A stretch of DNA of 63,885 nt, the filler included, from Octopus bimaculoides (lineage: Eukaryota): the NCBI RefSeq assembly GCF_001194135.2. It is 11 parts of 8 records of this genome, joined end to end, with 100 filler letters (N's around TTAATTAATTAA, not from the genome) between each part and the next. Parts side by side here need not be neighbours in the genome. Positions count along the whole stretch, not along the records: positions 1 to 23,324 come from NC_068983.1; positions 23,425 to 28,644 come from NC_068983.1; 9 more parts are not named here. One strand, 5' to 3'. The translations under genes were made by a program, and so were the position numbers. Under the pieces are notes generated by a model that saw only the letters and a program-made list of their open reading frames with translations, was not told the DNA's origin and made no database searches. Below, piece after piece: positions 14,573 to 28,029 of the stretch (positions within the stretch are counted from its first letter, which is position 1; the number at the start of each line of letters is the position of its first letter).

Positions 14573-15264
14573 NNNNNNNNNNNNNNNNNNNNNNNNNNNN
14601 NNNNNNNNNNNNNNNNNNNNNNNNNNNNNNNNNNNNNNNNNNNNNNNNNNNNNNNNNNNNNNNNNNNNNNNNNNNNNNNNNNNNNNNNNNNNNNNNNNNN
14701 NNNNNNNNNNNNNNNNNNNNNNNNNNNNNNNNNNNNNNNNNNNNNNNNNNNNNNNNNNNNNNNNNNNNNNNNNNNNNNNNNNNNNNNNNNNNNNNNNNNN
14801 NNNNNNNNNNNNNNNNNNNNNNNNNNNNNNNNNNNNNNNNNNNNNNNNNNNNNNNNNNNNNNNNNNNNNNNNNNNNNNNNNNNNNNNNNNNNNNNNNNNN
14901 NNNNNNNNNNNNNNNNNNNNNNNNNNNNNNNNNNNNNNNNNNNNNNNNNNNNNNNNNNNNNNNNNNNNNNNNNNNNNNNNNNNNNNNNNNNNNNNNNNNN
15001 NNNNNNNNNNNNNNNNNNNNNNNNNNNNNNNNNNNNNNNNNNNNNNNNNNNNNNNNNNNNNNNNNNNNNNNNNNNNNNNNNNNNNNNNNNNNNNNNNNNN
15101 NNNNNNNNNNNNNNNNNNNNNNNNNNNNNNNNNNNNNNNNNNNNNNNNNNNNNNNNNNNNNNNNNNNNNNNNNNNNNNNNNNNNNNNNNNNNNNNNNNNN
15201 NNNNNNNNNNNNNNNNNNNNNNNNNNNNNNNNNNNNNNNNNNNNNNNNNNNNNNNNNNNNNNNN

Positions 15265-15332
<68 letters not shown>

Positions 15333-17229
15333 ATATATACATACGTATATGTGCATACATCTATAAGTATATACATATGCATATGTGGGCATCGGACGTC
15401 ACCGAACGTTAACAACATTAAAAAAAAACGAAGACGTGATATACGAAATACAAATGCATGGAATATGAACTTTTGGTTTTTGCAACAACGAGAGAAACAA
15501 AACAAGTAGCATAACGAACGATGCTTCATCAGCTCCCGGCTGTTTTTAGAATCCGTATTTCGACAAGATACGCCTTCGATAAACAGTTGCTCCCACAAAG
15601 CAACTTAAATAAAAATTTGCGATTTTACGGAGAGTAAAAATTGGTAACAAAAACAGGACTATGGGCCTAACGAGATGAGGTGGCGAAGGCGAAGAAGCTG
15701 GGACGCCACGGGAGAGCAAAGTGGAAGGGTGAGGGAGAGAGTATGACAGACTGAGAATGGTGAAAGGGAGAGGAAAAAATGGAGAAAGGAAAAGGGAGAA
15801 AATGAGAGGGGAGAGGGGAGATAAAGAGAATTAAAGAAAGGAAGAGAGAAAAAAGGTGAGAAAAACGAAAGAGTAATAGAATAATAGAATAGAATCACAT
15901 GAGAATTTTTAAAATATAAGTTACTTGGAAAAGGATGCGCGGCATTCAANNNNNNNNNNATATGCACCTATACATACAGGTGGATGTCGGTATGCACATA
16001 CCTGTACGTATATATGCATATACTCATTTACTATTTGTTTATATATATATATATGTGTGTGTGCACATGACGTCACGAAACGTAATCACCAAACACTGAT
16101 ACTCTGAATGCAATTTCGAGTAATTACGCAAGTATGGTTGGAGCTTTAATCTGAAAACAGATGCGAAAATTTGTAGTAAATTGTATTGCATTAACACATG
16201 CACACATATACACACATATTAACAAAGATACGTATGTGTATGTGTGTATGTGTGTATGTGTATATATGTGTGTATGTGTATATATGTGTGTATGTGTATA
16301 TATGTGTGTATGTGTATATATGTATGTATTATAAACTTGCTTTTATCCATACTGAGAATCTGCTCCCCTACCTGTACAACGAAGGTTTTAGCGATTCTCC
16401 ACCAATAGTAACACTGACAGCTGCCTCACTTCTGTGTATAAATTGCTCATTGTTGTATCTAAATATCTGTCTCTTCTTTGCAGATCTCATGCTAGCTTTA
16501 TTAGCAGGTGTAGTTATACTTTTTAATTTATGTATTTGACAAGTCTATAAACAGCCACCAGTTAACTAAGATAATCTCACAGGTGACTAGTGTTATCCTC
16601 CAGATTAATTATATGGTTATATATCCATTGAAATTAAATTGTCTCTACAGGAATAAAGGGCGGTCATCATTTTCTGCATCATGGGAGATACTGCAAATTG
16701 AGCATGGTTTTATAGGACAGAAAACAGGAATTATTGAAAAGAGATATAAGCAAATCTCTTAGCAGTTTCTAGGCATAAAGCTCAAAACACAACGTCAGTC
16801 ACAGTAATACCGACCAGCCTTGGAGGATTGCCATGTAGAGTACCTATAAGAGAGCTAATTCCATCCACCGACAAAACAAACTAACAATAACATATCCGTC
16901 TAAAATTGTAAATATTACATACCTAGAATATCATACCGATCGCTGGGTACTTAAATAGATAACGAAAAATTAATGCAGCTGCAAATATATTCATAAGCAG
17001 CGAGATCTATGGATATTATGTTATACCTGTGAACAACACTATATTACGAAACATTATAAACGCGATAACCGGAGGCGTAGCGAGAGTTGCTCATAAATTG
17101 TATATAGTACTTCATACACTCTATAGAACATTCAATAAGTAAATTAGGGCACATTAAGAAGAAAATCTTAGAATTAAAGTAGCTTCAGTTTTATAGTGTT
17201 TATATATATATATATATATATCGTTTATA

Positions 17230-17550
17230 TATATATATCGAATCATATGATCGTGAGGCTATCACAGAAATATTCTATAGTGGACTCAGTTTACAGATCA
17301 CATAGTTACCAACTAGTAACCAAAGAAGTAATCACATGTGTATAAACAGCCACCAGTTGACTAAGATAATCTCACAGAGAAGTATATTGTAATGTAACAT
17401 GCAGGTGAGATCCAGGAGATCTGATCGATAAAATTATTTCATGAGTTTTTAAACCATAAATAGTTATGAGGTATAACTCATAGATGTACGAGGTGAATAT
17501 ATTTAACTACTTGCCATCTTTGTTTACGGCCGTTTCAAAGCCGTCTTCAT
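17230..17550 (-). mobile_element. (TA)n-anchored repeat with decayed hammerhead-like motif (Penelope pLTR-like)
   Basis: Abuts (TA)n at about 17201-17238. Minus strand reads ATGAAGA-CGGCTTT-GAAAC-GGCC-GTA-AACAAAGATGGCAA at 17511-17550. A 37-bp segment (17341-17377) recurs at 16546-16582. Confidence 0.45.
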
Positions 17551-18345
17551 ATAATAATAATTTTAGTGTCTACATTCTTTACATGTCTACTCAAATATGC
17601 AGGCTACGCTTTATACAATACACTTGTGTGTTTAAAAATCAATGCAGATAAAGAAAGCTTACTCATGAGATCACTAGAACCTCATGGTTACACTAATGGT
17701 TCATCTTTAAGTATAATTGTTCTCTTTATATGTACAATGTATGGACAACAGAGTTTAGATGAAATTAGCTTGACAGGATGTGGTCTATGTAGGGTAACAA
17801 TAATTAAAGCCTTTTAGCCGTGAGAACACCAACACTTGTATTTAAGACAAAGGTGTACAATCTATCATTGTCTTTCTTTGATTATATTGTTTTACTTATG
17901 GAAAGCGTGACTGTTATTTGTTAGCAGATCGCACGATCGTTTTGTATACTACACATCCCTGGAAAGTTCACTTTATGAACATTAACGCCCGTTTTTCTTT
18001 GCATTATGGCTATTATGTCATATTTATTAGATTTTCCAATTATGTTTCTTTTTAGTAATTTTAGGTTATATTTATTTAATCTACATAACCGGTGGTATGC
18101 GATTATTTGAGATAATACACCGTGAGAATTTATTACAAATACAGACAACACTATATAGTTATAATGCCATAGTCTATAGAATCATTCATAATGACAGGAA
18201 TAATGAATATAAAATTCAGTGTTTGGTGGGTAACATACAATTATAGGTAAGGAAATATGAGGTATATCTAGAGTATAGTGATAGAATTATATTGCAATAA
18301 ATGGAAATATATGCATATAATACATACATACATACATACATATAT

Positions 18346-18402
<57 letters not shown>

Positions 18403-18617
18403 NNNNNNNNNNNNNNNNNNNNNNNNNNNNNNNNNNNNNNNNNNNNNNNNNNNNNNNNNNNNNNNNNNNNNNNNNNNNNNNNNNNNNNNNNNNNNNNNNN
18501 NNNNNNNNNNNNNNNNNNNNNNNNNNNNNNNNNNNNNNNNNNNNNNNNNNNNNNNNNNNNNNNNNNNNNNNNNNNNNNNNNNNNNNNNNNNNNNNNNNNN
18601 NNNNNNNNNNNNNNNNN

Positions 18618-18664
<47 letters not shown>

Positions 18665-21649
18665 TATGTAGCTTATGGTTTGTTATGAATCTTGATCATT
18701 GATCGAGGAGAATAAAACTCAGGAAACTATTCAATTCGTTATCGATGCACCATTGTATAAACTCACTTGGTTAATGAAAGTTTCATACATACATACATAC
18801 ATACATACATACATACATACATACGTAAATACATACATACGTACACATGCGTGCGCGCGTATGTGTGTATGGATATAATTGACGGATTTCTATAAAACTT
18901 TTATCTCAGAAGTTCTTTCTAAAGCTTTGGTCCACTCGGGTGAGGAGTAGGAGACACTGCCAAATGTGTCATGCAAATGGGACTGAAATATATAGAAGTG
19001 ATTTCAAATCAGCATTCTTAAGTATTTAACCATGTATAATTCCTCTTTGTATATGTGTATGTGGTGTGTGAATGTGTGGTGGGTTGGTGTGTGTGATCGT
19101 GTGTGTGTGTGTTTATATGTGTATGTGCATGTTCTAATACAATGAAGTAGATATTTACATAAATATGGATGTAATGAAAAAATACAGAAAATTTTCGCGG
19201 CACAATCTGAAAAACATTCTTTCTAAAATTTAAAAGCATTCTTCTCCATGGATCCTAATACAAAGTATTATTGAAATATATATGTATATATATATACATA
19301 AGGTGCACAGAAAATTACGCGCGCGCTAATAAGCCTTTGTATATTTTTTACGGTTAAGGGATAAACTATTAACTTATCTTAAACCACTCTTTTTCTCTAT
19401 TGCCCAGAAACATATTCCCCACCTACCTCTCTTTCTCCCTCGCTTCTAACAAATTCCAATATACTACTACTCCTAAATTTTCTCTTTCCCTCATTCTCCG
19501 GCTATTTTTCCTTTTATTTTAACTTTGTTTAAATGTATATACAGGGTGTCACAAATATGTTTTTATTTATTTATTTACTGGTGACATGGTAAATGACCCC
19601 AGCCTATATTCACAAAAACTTACCCGTAACCAGCTTCAATCTTACCAAATTTTTCCACTACTCTTCCCCTCCTCTATTTCTTTAATCTTATTCTTTTTCT
19701 TAATAACTTTAGACATTTACCCACTCCCATATATTATTTCTTTAGACCTATGTTTTTCTGTTTTGTTCTCTCGATGCGTTCCATTAATTTTCGATCAAAT
19801 CTGCTGCAAGTCAATTTGTATCTAGTGACGACACTAGATACAAATTATCACTAGATATAAATTATCTTCTGAATTTTTGATAACATTTCTCTGGATATTG
19901 GTATGAATATTTTGCAGGATAGCTTAATTTCCTTTCATATTTTCATTTAATCCTGTACTTTCATATGTTAATTAATAACCTGAGATTAATTCTGGTGAAT
20001 ATACCGAATACTGATATGTTTCTCTATTAGACAATAATGGAGAAACTGGCTAGTGCAACTCAACAGCACCTTACATAAATGTATTCTGAATTAAAATCTA
20101 CCTGTAATTGCTTGATGGCTAATACCTATCAGTCTGTGTACAGCAGGTTTCATGAAACTACCTCATTATCTATACACAATAACCGCAATCCAGCTCAATG
20201 CCCGCATGAAAGTATATCGGAAAATATGATAATGTTGCTACCTATATTGACCAGGAAAACAGGTACACTAATTGAGAGAACCAGCCTCAGAAAATTACTA
20301 TAAAATATATCTTAGAGAATGTACATGCGTATACTTTTATTTATATATGATTCAGAAATCAACTAAAATTTAAAATTTCTTACTGCAGGATGTTGACTGG
20401 AATCCGTAGAAGTGGGACCGTTGTTAACGCATTAACAATCATCAGGCCAAAATACAATATCACTATGCTAATTTGTGTAAACATGGTAAATTTAGAAAAA
20501 AATAATTCAAGTGAATGAGGCATATAAAGTGTAAAGAAACTTGTATTTTCAGTAAGTTAGATTCATTTCTACATATTTAAAATAGGCATTAAGTATATCA
20601 AATATTCTATGCACTTCAAGCTCTTCCCCGAAATGTTGAAAATAATAGACGAAGTAAACATATAAACGAACAATTATGTATTATAATGACGACAAGCACT
20701 TCAAGAGGTCTTTGGAGCATATTTTGCGTGTTTTTCATAGGTCAGAGAAGGGAGAGAGTGGACGATGTCTTCGTAATATGTGAAGTGATTGTTTATGCTC
20801 TGTTACCTATTGCCTTTTAAGGAAACAAAATTGCTGTTTCTATTAGTTGATGTTACCATTTCTCAGTTGACAGTATAAATTTGGCGGGAGATATCAAGGT
20901 GACATATTTGTGACATAAGCTACGTGTGGAAGGTTAAAGTTAGAAAAGAATGATTGGAGGTGGTGTTCACTGAAAGGGTGTTTGTTTTGTTGGGGCTAAC
21001 TGTAAGTAGGTTGTTGATGTTTTATTGAATATACTACTACATTCGAGCATATGATTTATTAACATATTTCCCCTTTGATGTACCGTACTTAGTTTACAAA
21101 GAAACGTAACTTTACTTAATCCGTTGTCTGCGGCAGAAATAAGGGTTCCATTCAGTCTTCTTATAGAGAATCCTGAAGAAATGTGCATAAAGAAATTATC
21201 AGTTACAAAAAATACTGCCATGAGAAAACTAGAGGTCATATTATGTAAGTTTCGTGATTACAACACAGAAACCAAACAAGATATCTATAGACAATACGCG
21301 GAATTCGATACAAAAATAAATAAACAGAATTAACTTGCTTGTCGATGATGGTTTTATAGATTACAAGACTCATTATAACGATCAATTGTTGCCTACTGTA
21401 CAAACGCAGCATTAATACACAACGATCAATGTTTATTTAAGAAAAGTGGCCGAGATGTTGAATGAGTTTTTACAACTTATCTTCAAAACTATATATGACA
21501 TGCCAGGAAATATGAATGATATTCAATGACTTTATATATATATATATGTACATGCACATGTACATCTACATGTACATGTGTGATCAGCCTACACATATGA
21601 ACATATACAAACACATACGCATACACACACATATATATGAATATATTTG

Positions 21650-22030
21650 TGTTGGCACTCCGTCGCTTACGACGTCGAGGGTTCGAGTTGAACCAATCAA
21701 CGAAACAGCCTGCTCGTGAAATTAATGTGCGAGTGACTGAGCACTCCACAGACACGTGTACCCTTAACGTATTTCTCGGGGATATTCAGCGTGACACAAT
21801 GTGAGAAGGCTGACTCTTTGAAATACAGCTACAACAGAAACAGGAAGAAAGAGTGAAAGAAAGTTGTGGTGAAAGAGTACAGCAGGTTTCGTCACCATCC
21901 CCTGCCGGAGCCTCGTGGAGCTTTAGGTGTTTTCGCTCAATAAACACTCACAACGCCCGGTCTGGGAATCGAAACTGCGATCCAATGACCGCGAGTCCGC
22001 TGCCCTAACCACTGAACCATTGCGCCTCCA
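21650..22030 (-). mobile_element. Near full-length tRNA(Arg)-derived SINE
   Basis: Head TGGAGGCGCAATGGTTCAGTGG...GGACTCGCGGTC...GTTTCGATTCC has A/B-box-like motifs and a TCG anticodon-like loop. Second copy at 58743-58945. Confidence 0.85.
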
Positions 22031-23140
22031 TTCATANNNNNNNNNNNNNNNNNNNNNNNNNNNNNNNNNNNNNNNNNNNNNNNNNNNNNNNNNNNNNNNN
22101 NNNNNNNNNNNNNNNNNNNNNNNNNNNNNNNNNNNNNNNNNNNNNNNNNNNNNNNNNNNNNNNNNNNNNNNNNNNNNNNNNNNNNNNNNNNNNNNNNNNN
22201 NNNNNNNNNNNNNNNNNNNNNNNNNNNNNNNNNNNNNNNNNNNNNNNNNNNNNNNNNNNNNNNNNNNNNNNNNNNNNNNNNNNNNNNNNNNNNNNNNNNN
22301 NNNNNNNNNNNNNNNNNNNNNNNNNNNNNNNNNNNNNNNNNNNNNNNNNNNNNNNNNNNNNNNNNNNNNNNNNNNNNNNNNNNNNNNNNNNNNNNNNNNN
22401 NNNNNNNNNNNNNNNNNNNNNNNNNNNNNNNNNNNNNNNNNNNNNNNNNNNNNNNNNNNNNNNNNNNNNNNNNNNNNNNNNNNNNNNNNNNNNNNNNNNN
22501 NNNNNNNNNNNNNNNNNNNNNNNNNNNNNNNNNNNNNNNNNNNNNNNNNNNNNNNNNNNNNNNNNNNNNNNNNNNNNNNNNNNNNNNNNNNNNNNNNNNN
22601 NNNNNNNNNNNNNNNNNNNNNNNNNNNNNNNNNNNNNNNNNNNNNNNNNNNNNNNNNNNNNNNNNNNNNNNNNNNNNNNNNNNNNNNNNNNNNNNNNNNN
22701 NNNATATATATATATATATACACCAAAAACCAGTCACTTTTAAACTGGCTGATATCCACTGATAGATTAAACCTAGTGTATTTTTGAAATAAAATATCTC
22801 TTTTAGGTACGTGTAAATATTTATTTTTTCCTGACATTAGTGCGATAAATAGATGCAATTAGCCAGTTGCTTAGGTTTCAAGGATACAAAACGCATCTTT
22901 GAACTGTCCAAATTTATTTTTTGTTAGAAATATATAGAATATTATAGTAGCAAATTTAGTGAATACGAAGCCTAAGGTACTGCCTGAAGCGATGCAAGTT
23001 CCTACAAAATTTTCTGATCTATGGAACTGAGTTAATCAATATTTTATTCATTTTGGTTATTCTCTGAGTTTTTTAGCTAAATTATAAACTTGCAAGTCTG
23101 AATTGCATTTTCAACCTAACAGCATAGTATATCGAAATCG

Positions 23141-23200
<60 letters not shown>

Positions 23201-23204
23201 CTTT

Positions 23205-23324
23205 GCTCTCTTTTACTCTTTTAATTGCTTCAGTCATTTGACTGCGGCCATGCTGGAGCACCGCCTTTAGCCGAGCAAATCGACCCTAGGACATATTCTT
23301 TGTAAGTCTAGTACTTATTCCATT
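23205..23324 (-). mobile_element. SINE family A, 3' fragment
   Basis: CAGTCATTTGACTGCGGCCATGCTGGAGCACCGCC is the reverse complement of the tail at 45535-45570. Confidence 0.85.
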
Positions 23325-23368
23325 NNNNNNNNNNNNNNNNNNNNNNNNNNNNNNNNNNNNNNNNNNNN

Positions 23369-23380
23369 TTAATTAATTAA
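23369..23380. other. Artificial six-frame-stop spacer TTAATTAATTAA inside a 100-bp gap (10 copies in window)
   Basis: Identical 12-mer centred in 100-bp gaps (44 N each side counted at 23325-23424). Copies start at 23369, 28689, 30094, 31228, 33602, 45204, 48692, 55994, 58626 and 61511. Confidence 0.97.
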
Positions 23381-23424
23381 NNNNNNNNNNNNNNNNNNNN
23401 NNNNNNNNNNNNNNNNNNNNNNNN

Positions 23425-23476
<52 letters not shown>

Positions 23477-23559
23477 CATACACAAATATATGTGTGTATG
23501 CTGTGTTTGTGTATGTGTTCATATGTTTGTGTGTGTGTGTATGTATTTATATCTATTTG

Positions 23560-23790
23560 TGTGTGTCTTTATGCCTGTGTTTTGTCCCCCACCACCACTT
23601 GACAACCAATGTTGGTGTGTTTATGTCCCTATAACTTAACAACTTGGCAAAAGAGACTGATAGAGAAAGCAACAGGTTTTATATATGAAAATAATAAGCA
23701 CTGGGGTCAATTTGTTTAACTAAATTTTCTCGAGGAAGTGCCCCAGCATGGTCGCAAACTAATGACTGATTCAAGTAGAATATAAAAGAT
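23560..23790 (+). mobile_element. SINE family A, 3' half (diverged)
   Basis: TTTGTCCCCCACC...TTGACAACC...GGCAAAAGAGAC...CTGGGGTCAAT...CCAGCATGG parallels the 45260-45590 copy. Confidence 0.8.
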
Positions 23791-24960
23791 GAATTCAGGA
23801 TCATTTGATACAGACAACTTCCAGGAACCACTTAAGTTTTTGAGTATTTTCATTGTTTGATAATTTAAACAAGGAAAATAGTTAAGGCCAGTCAGATATA
23901 GTGTTAGCCTTCAGGGACTGAACCAACATTTAGAGACATGTTCTCTTTCTAATTTTTACTCTTTTCAAATATATACAGAAAAGTAAGTCGTAGAAGAACT
24001 TCACCAAAATATTTTATGGAAAAGAAATAGCTGACTGTGATTAATTATGGTGAAACAACACCTGAGCATAAATAGAGTGAACTGTGTTAAAGTGCAAAAA
24101 GAATTTTAAGAAAAAAAACAGATCAAGAAGTTCAACAAAGAAACAACAGTTTTGTGGTTGTTTCTCTTTGCAAAACAATTATAAAAATTTGACTGTTTGG
24201 TTTTCCCACCATTCTTATTATTTTTCTGAGTTTAATGAATGTGTGTGAGTACGAACAGGCTTTGTAGTTTAAATAATTTGTTTAATGTTCCAAGTAAACA
24301 CCAGAAAAATCAGCAGCACATTTTCTGGTAATGATAAGATCTATTGTTGACAAGTTAGTTTCTTAAGTGCCTACTGCCTTTCCTGAGTATTTATTCACAG
24401 CACGTGCCTGATTGGTACCTATCCATCTGCTGGCATAATGATTGAAGGAATATGCATTTTGGATACTTAAATATTCCCTTTCTCCTGTGTGTGTACCTTT
24501 TTTCTTCCCCAATTTCAACAACACTAACATTATGTGGTCATGTGATTTCTTCAGCAACAAAACAGGTTTTTTTTTTTGCTTGTTTGTTATAGTTTTGCCC
24601 ACATTTTCCTCTTAAATTGCATTAATGTTTTTTGGAATCCATCAGATGCAATGTAAACATCTTTATTGTGGCCTCTTGACTTCATTTTTACATTTTTATT
24701 CCAGATGTGACCTATTGACTGGATATTGGTTGCCTACAGCAGATTCCATTCTGATGAGTTATCTCATCCGAGAATAACTTATTCATGATATAATCTTTCT
24801 CCCAACCACACATGGGAGCCTTGCAAAACTGTTATGGGTGTTGTCCCTTCTTATCTCATCATAGCAAGGCCTTTGACCACTCTGTGCAGTACCCAAACTG
24901 GTTGACCAGTTCCTCATTCAACATAGCATACCTTCAACAGCAGTAAACATAAATATACAT

Positions 24961-25112
24961 AGGTGCAGGCCTGGCTGTGTGTTAAGAAGGTTGTTTCTCA
25001 ACCACATGGTTCTGAGTTCAATCTTCACTTGGACAAGTGTCTTCTACTATAACTTCAGGCTGACCAAAGCCTTATCAGTGGATTTGGTGGATGGAAACTG
25101 AAAGAAGCCCAT
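24961..25112 (+). mobile_element. SINE family A, 5' head
   Basis: GGTGCAGGCCTGGCTGTGTG...GGTTCTGAGTTCAA...CAAGTGTCTTCTACTATA...GGAAACTGAAAGAAGCCC, a recurrent head seen many times in the window. Confidence 0.85.
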
Positions 25113-25118
25113 CAGATA

Positions 25119-25164
<46 letters not shown>

Positions 25165-25321
25165 TAAATCCCAAAAAGAAGGACAAACACAAAAAAACAC
25201 AACAATGCGAGGACATGGCACATGTAAAGTATTAGCAGATGCTATGTATATATACAGATATATATATATATATATATATAGATAGATAGATAGATATATA
25301 TAGATAGATAGATAGATAGAT

Positions 25322-25370
<49 letters not shown>

Positions 25371-25443
25371 TAGATCGATAGATATACATGTATGCATGCA
25401 TTTAAATATATAAACACACACACACATACACACACAAACACAT

Positions 25444-25487
<44 letters not shown>

Positions 25488-25639
25488 NNNNNNNNNNTTA
25501 GCTTTGAGTTTCACCATCAGTAAGTATTCCATTATTATTCTTAAAATTTCTTCAGAGTAATAGCCATATATATATATATATATATATCATTGTCAGCTAT
25601 TTCTTGTGTCAGAGAATTTCAATTTCCTCTTGATTTAAT

Positions 25640-26060
25640 GGTTCCTTCATGCTAATAGTGTTGAAGATGGAAAGGCCAATCCTCACATAAAACAAGCAGG
25701 AACAAAGATAGCAATGAAGAGTTGGTAGACGATGTTCTTGTTCTTGTAGCTTGTGTTCTTTACATTCTTTGAATTTTCTTTTTTTCCTTTTAACTTCAAG
25801 GAAGTCAGTTCTAGTAGATTTCGTTTTTGGATTTGGTTTACCGAGTTTTAGTAGAATTAGACTGATACTAATTTGATCAGTTTTATCTTCAACTTCCCAC
25901 GTTTTTGCCTCAAACGCCGCCATATTGAAAGCTGATTTTAGTTGGTCTTTATAATCACAGAGAGGACATCTTCATTGTCTTTTTCTAAAGGTTAAAATTC
26001 CCAAGAGAAAATTTTACAAAGAAATCTCGCTTTTGTCATTCTAACTACATGACTGAAATT
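25640..26060 (-). mobile_element. RTE-clade LINE 3' remnant
   Basis: ORF 25609-25923(-): TWEVEDK...KRKKRK...TLHCYLCSCLFYVRIGLS matches the RTE terminal C..C.R.F.ARIGL.SH pattern. Confidence 0.6.
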
Positions 26061-26224
26061 ATTTTGGCGAATTCTCTGCTTTTACCCCTGGCAATTGTAG
26101 ATAAACATTATTGATTATATAATGCATGCATCTAAAACTCTTATAAGAAGACATGTCACAGTGACTTCGAAGTTTTGGCTTACAAGCTCTTCTCAGACTG
26201 TCCATGTATGTATGCATATATATA

Positions 26225-26270
<46 letters not shown>

Positions 26271-26745
26271 TATATACATGTGTGTATGTGTGTGTGTGTG
26301 TATGCGTGGAGGCACAATGGTCCAGCCTCTTTTGATGAATTTTGCTTTTTGGACTGTGTTTTGGTAGCTCATCTTTGTGACAAGAAAGTAGCATAATGCA
26401 GGCTTCTAAACACTGTTTCTGATTTTCATTGAGTTTATATGGAACTCACTTATCCAACTTTTTCCCATTACCGATTTGAATTAGGTGAGTCGATATTGTT
26501 TGCTTGCTAACACCAAACAACAGCAATAATTCATGGGCACTTTGAGATGGTGGCTTTCAGTTCATTATTATCTACCTTTGTTTCTGGTCGGCCGCGCTGA
26601 TCATTTGTGAGGTGAAAGTTACCAGAGCAAAATTTTGCAAACCAATTTGATACTGTCTGCTGTGTAATAACATTAGAATGAAATACTTCATTAATATTCT
26701 GAGCTGTTTGTGATGCTGTATTTCCAAGAAAGAACTCATATTTCG
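26060..26745 (-). mobile_element. Mariner remnant B (N-terminal HTH, internally deleted)
   Basis: KYEFFLGNTASQTAQNINEVF...TVSNWFAKFCSGNFHLTNDQRGRPETKVDNNELKA, later KLDK*VPYKLN and PKHSPKSKIHQK. Interrupted by a (TA)/(TG) microsatellite. Confidence 0.8.
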
Positions 26746-27702
26746 TGGATGAAGAAATTTTTCCCAACCAAGGTCTTCGATCTTCTGTCATGTGATCTTT
26801 GCAGTGTAGGGTCATGCATTGTCCTGATGAAATGTCACTCCGTTTCAATTCACTAAAGTGGGTCTTTTTTTCTTCAACGCTTGGTTCAATCGCTCTAATT
26901 GCTGACAGTAGACTTGAGCATTGATTGTTGCATTAGGTGGTAACAATTCAAAGTGAATTACTCCTTTGCAATCCCACCAGATAGAGAGAAGAACCTTTTC
27001 CTATGAAGTTCCCTTCTTGGTTGTGGTTGCGCTTTTTCCCTTTCACCAAGCCACTGTTTACAACATTTAACATTTCGATAGAAGTTCCATTTTTCATCAC
27101 CAGTCACGAGTCTATCCAAAAAGGGTGAAATGAGTTCGCGAAAATGGAGAGAAGAGCAGATGTCAACTCGGGATTTGCGTTTGCTCTCGGAACCTTTCCA
27201 AGTTGTTGAAGATGACGATGAACAGTTGTATGGTTTGAACTAAGCTTTATTGTCAATTCTTCAACTGATAATGCAGGATTTTCTTCAAGTAATGCCTCAA
27301 GGAGCTTATCATCAAACTCAACTGGACATCCTGTTCGATTTTCATCTTCAAGGCTGAAATCTCTACTTCTGAATTTTGCAAACCATCTTCTGCAGGTTCT
27401 TTCATTCAAGCAGTCTTTCCTATAAAAATGGCTGTATGTTTTGAGTCGCTTCGGCTGCAGAGTTTGCTTTTTTGTACTCATAAAGCATTATGTGCCTCAA
27501 ATGCTCTTTGTTACTTCCATGTTAGAAAGGGTTTTAATCAAAGAAATTTTAATTCTATTATTCTGTAAAATAATATTTAATTAGTTTAAATGTACACAAA
27601 TGCATAAAAATAATTTTTAATTCCATTAGACATTCTAAAATACTATTAAATTTCATTCAATTTTAATAAAGGTAAAATTGGACAGAACTTATGGGATGAC
27701 CT

Positions 27703-27705
<3 letters not shown>
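26745..27705 (-). mobile_element. Mariner remnant A with one TIR
   Basis: LNERTCRRWFAKFRSRDFSLEDENRTGCP, then LVTGDEKW, IWWDCKGVIHFELLP and FHQDNA...LGWEKFLHP. Terminal sequence reads TCAGGTCATCCCATAAGTTCTGTCC on the minus strand at about 27680-27705. Confidence 0.88.
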
Positions 27706-27732
<27 letters not shown>

Positions 27733-27737
<5 letters not shown>

Positions 27738-27870
27738 CACGAAAAAACAACAAATGAAGACAGGTGGTGTAGAAAACAAACAGATGTATTAGTATAGCAC
27801 TTGGGAATTGAAAAAGTCTTTAACGTTTCGAGCCTTTCCACAGTAAGGAACACAGAAAGAAACAAGGAGA
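27733..27870. mobile_element. (TA)n-anchored Penelope pLTR-like fragment
   Basis: Begins immediately after (TA)n. Contains TAACGTTTCGAGCC (minus GGCTCGAAACGTTA, a hammerhead 3' half-like motif). A related sequence lies in opposite orientation at 30190-30285. Confidence 0.4.
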
Positions 27871-27995
27871 GGACTGGCTTCTTTCAGTTTCTGTCTACCA
27901 AATCCAGTCTCGAAGCTTTGGTTGGCCTGAGGCTATAGTAGAAGACACTTGCCCAAGGTTCCNNNNNNNNNNNNNNNNNNNNNNNNNNNNNNNNN

Positions 27996-28029
<34 letters not shown>

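Noticed and set aside
15495-15545. Minus-strand CTGATGA followed by an AGCAT/ATGCT stem
   Set aside because: No GAAA after the stem, so the hammerhead core is incomplete.
16546-17377. 37-bp direct repeats about 795 bp apart as LTRs
   Set aside because: No TG..CA ends, PBS, PPT or TSD; more simply two fragments of a dispersed repeat.
21955-22030. tRNA-Arg gene
   Set aside because: The tRNA-like part continues into a conserved SINE body present twice in the window, and the cloverleaf is imperfect.
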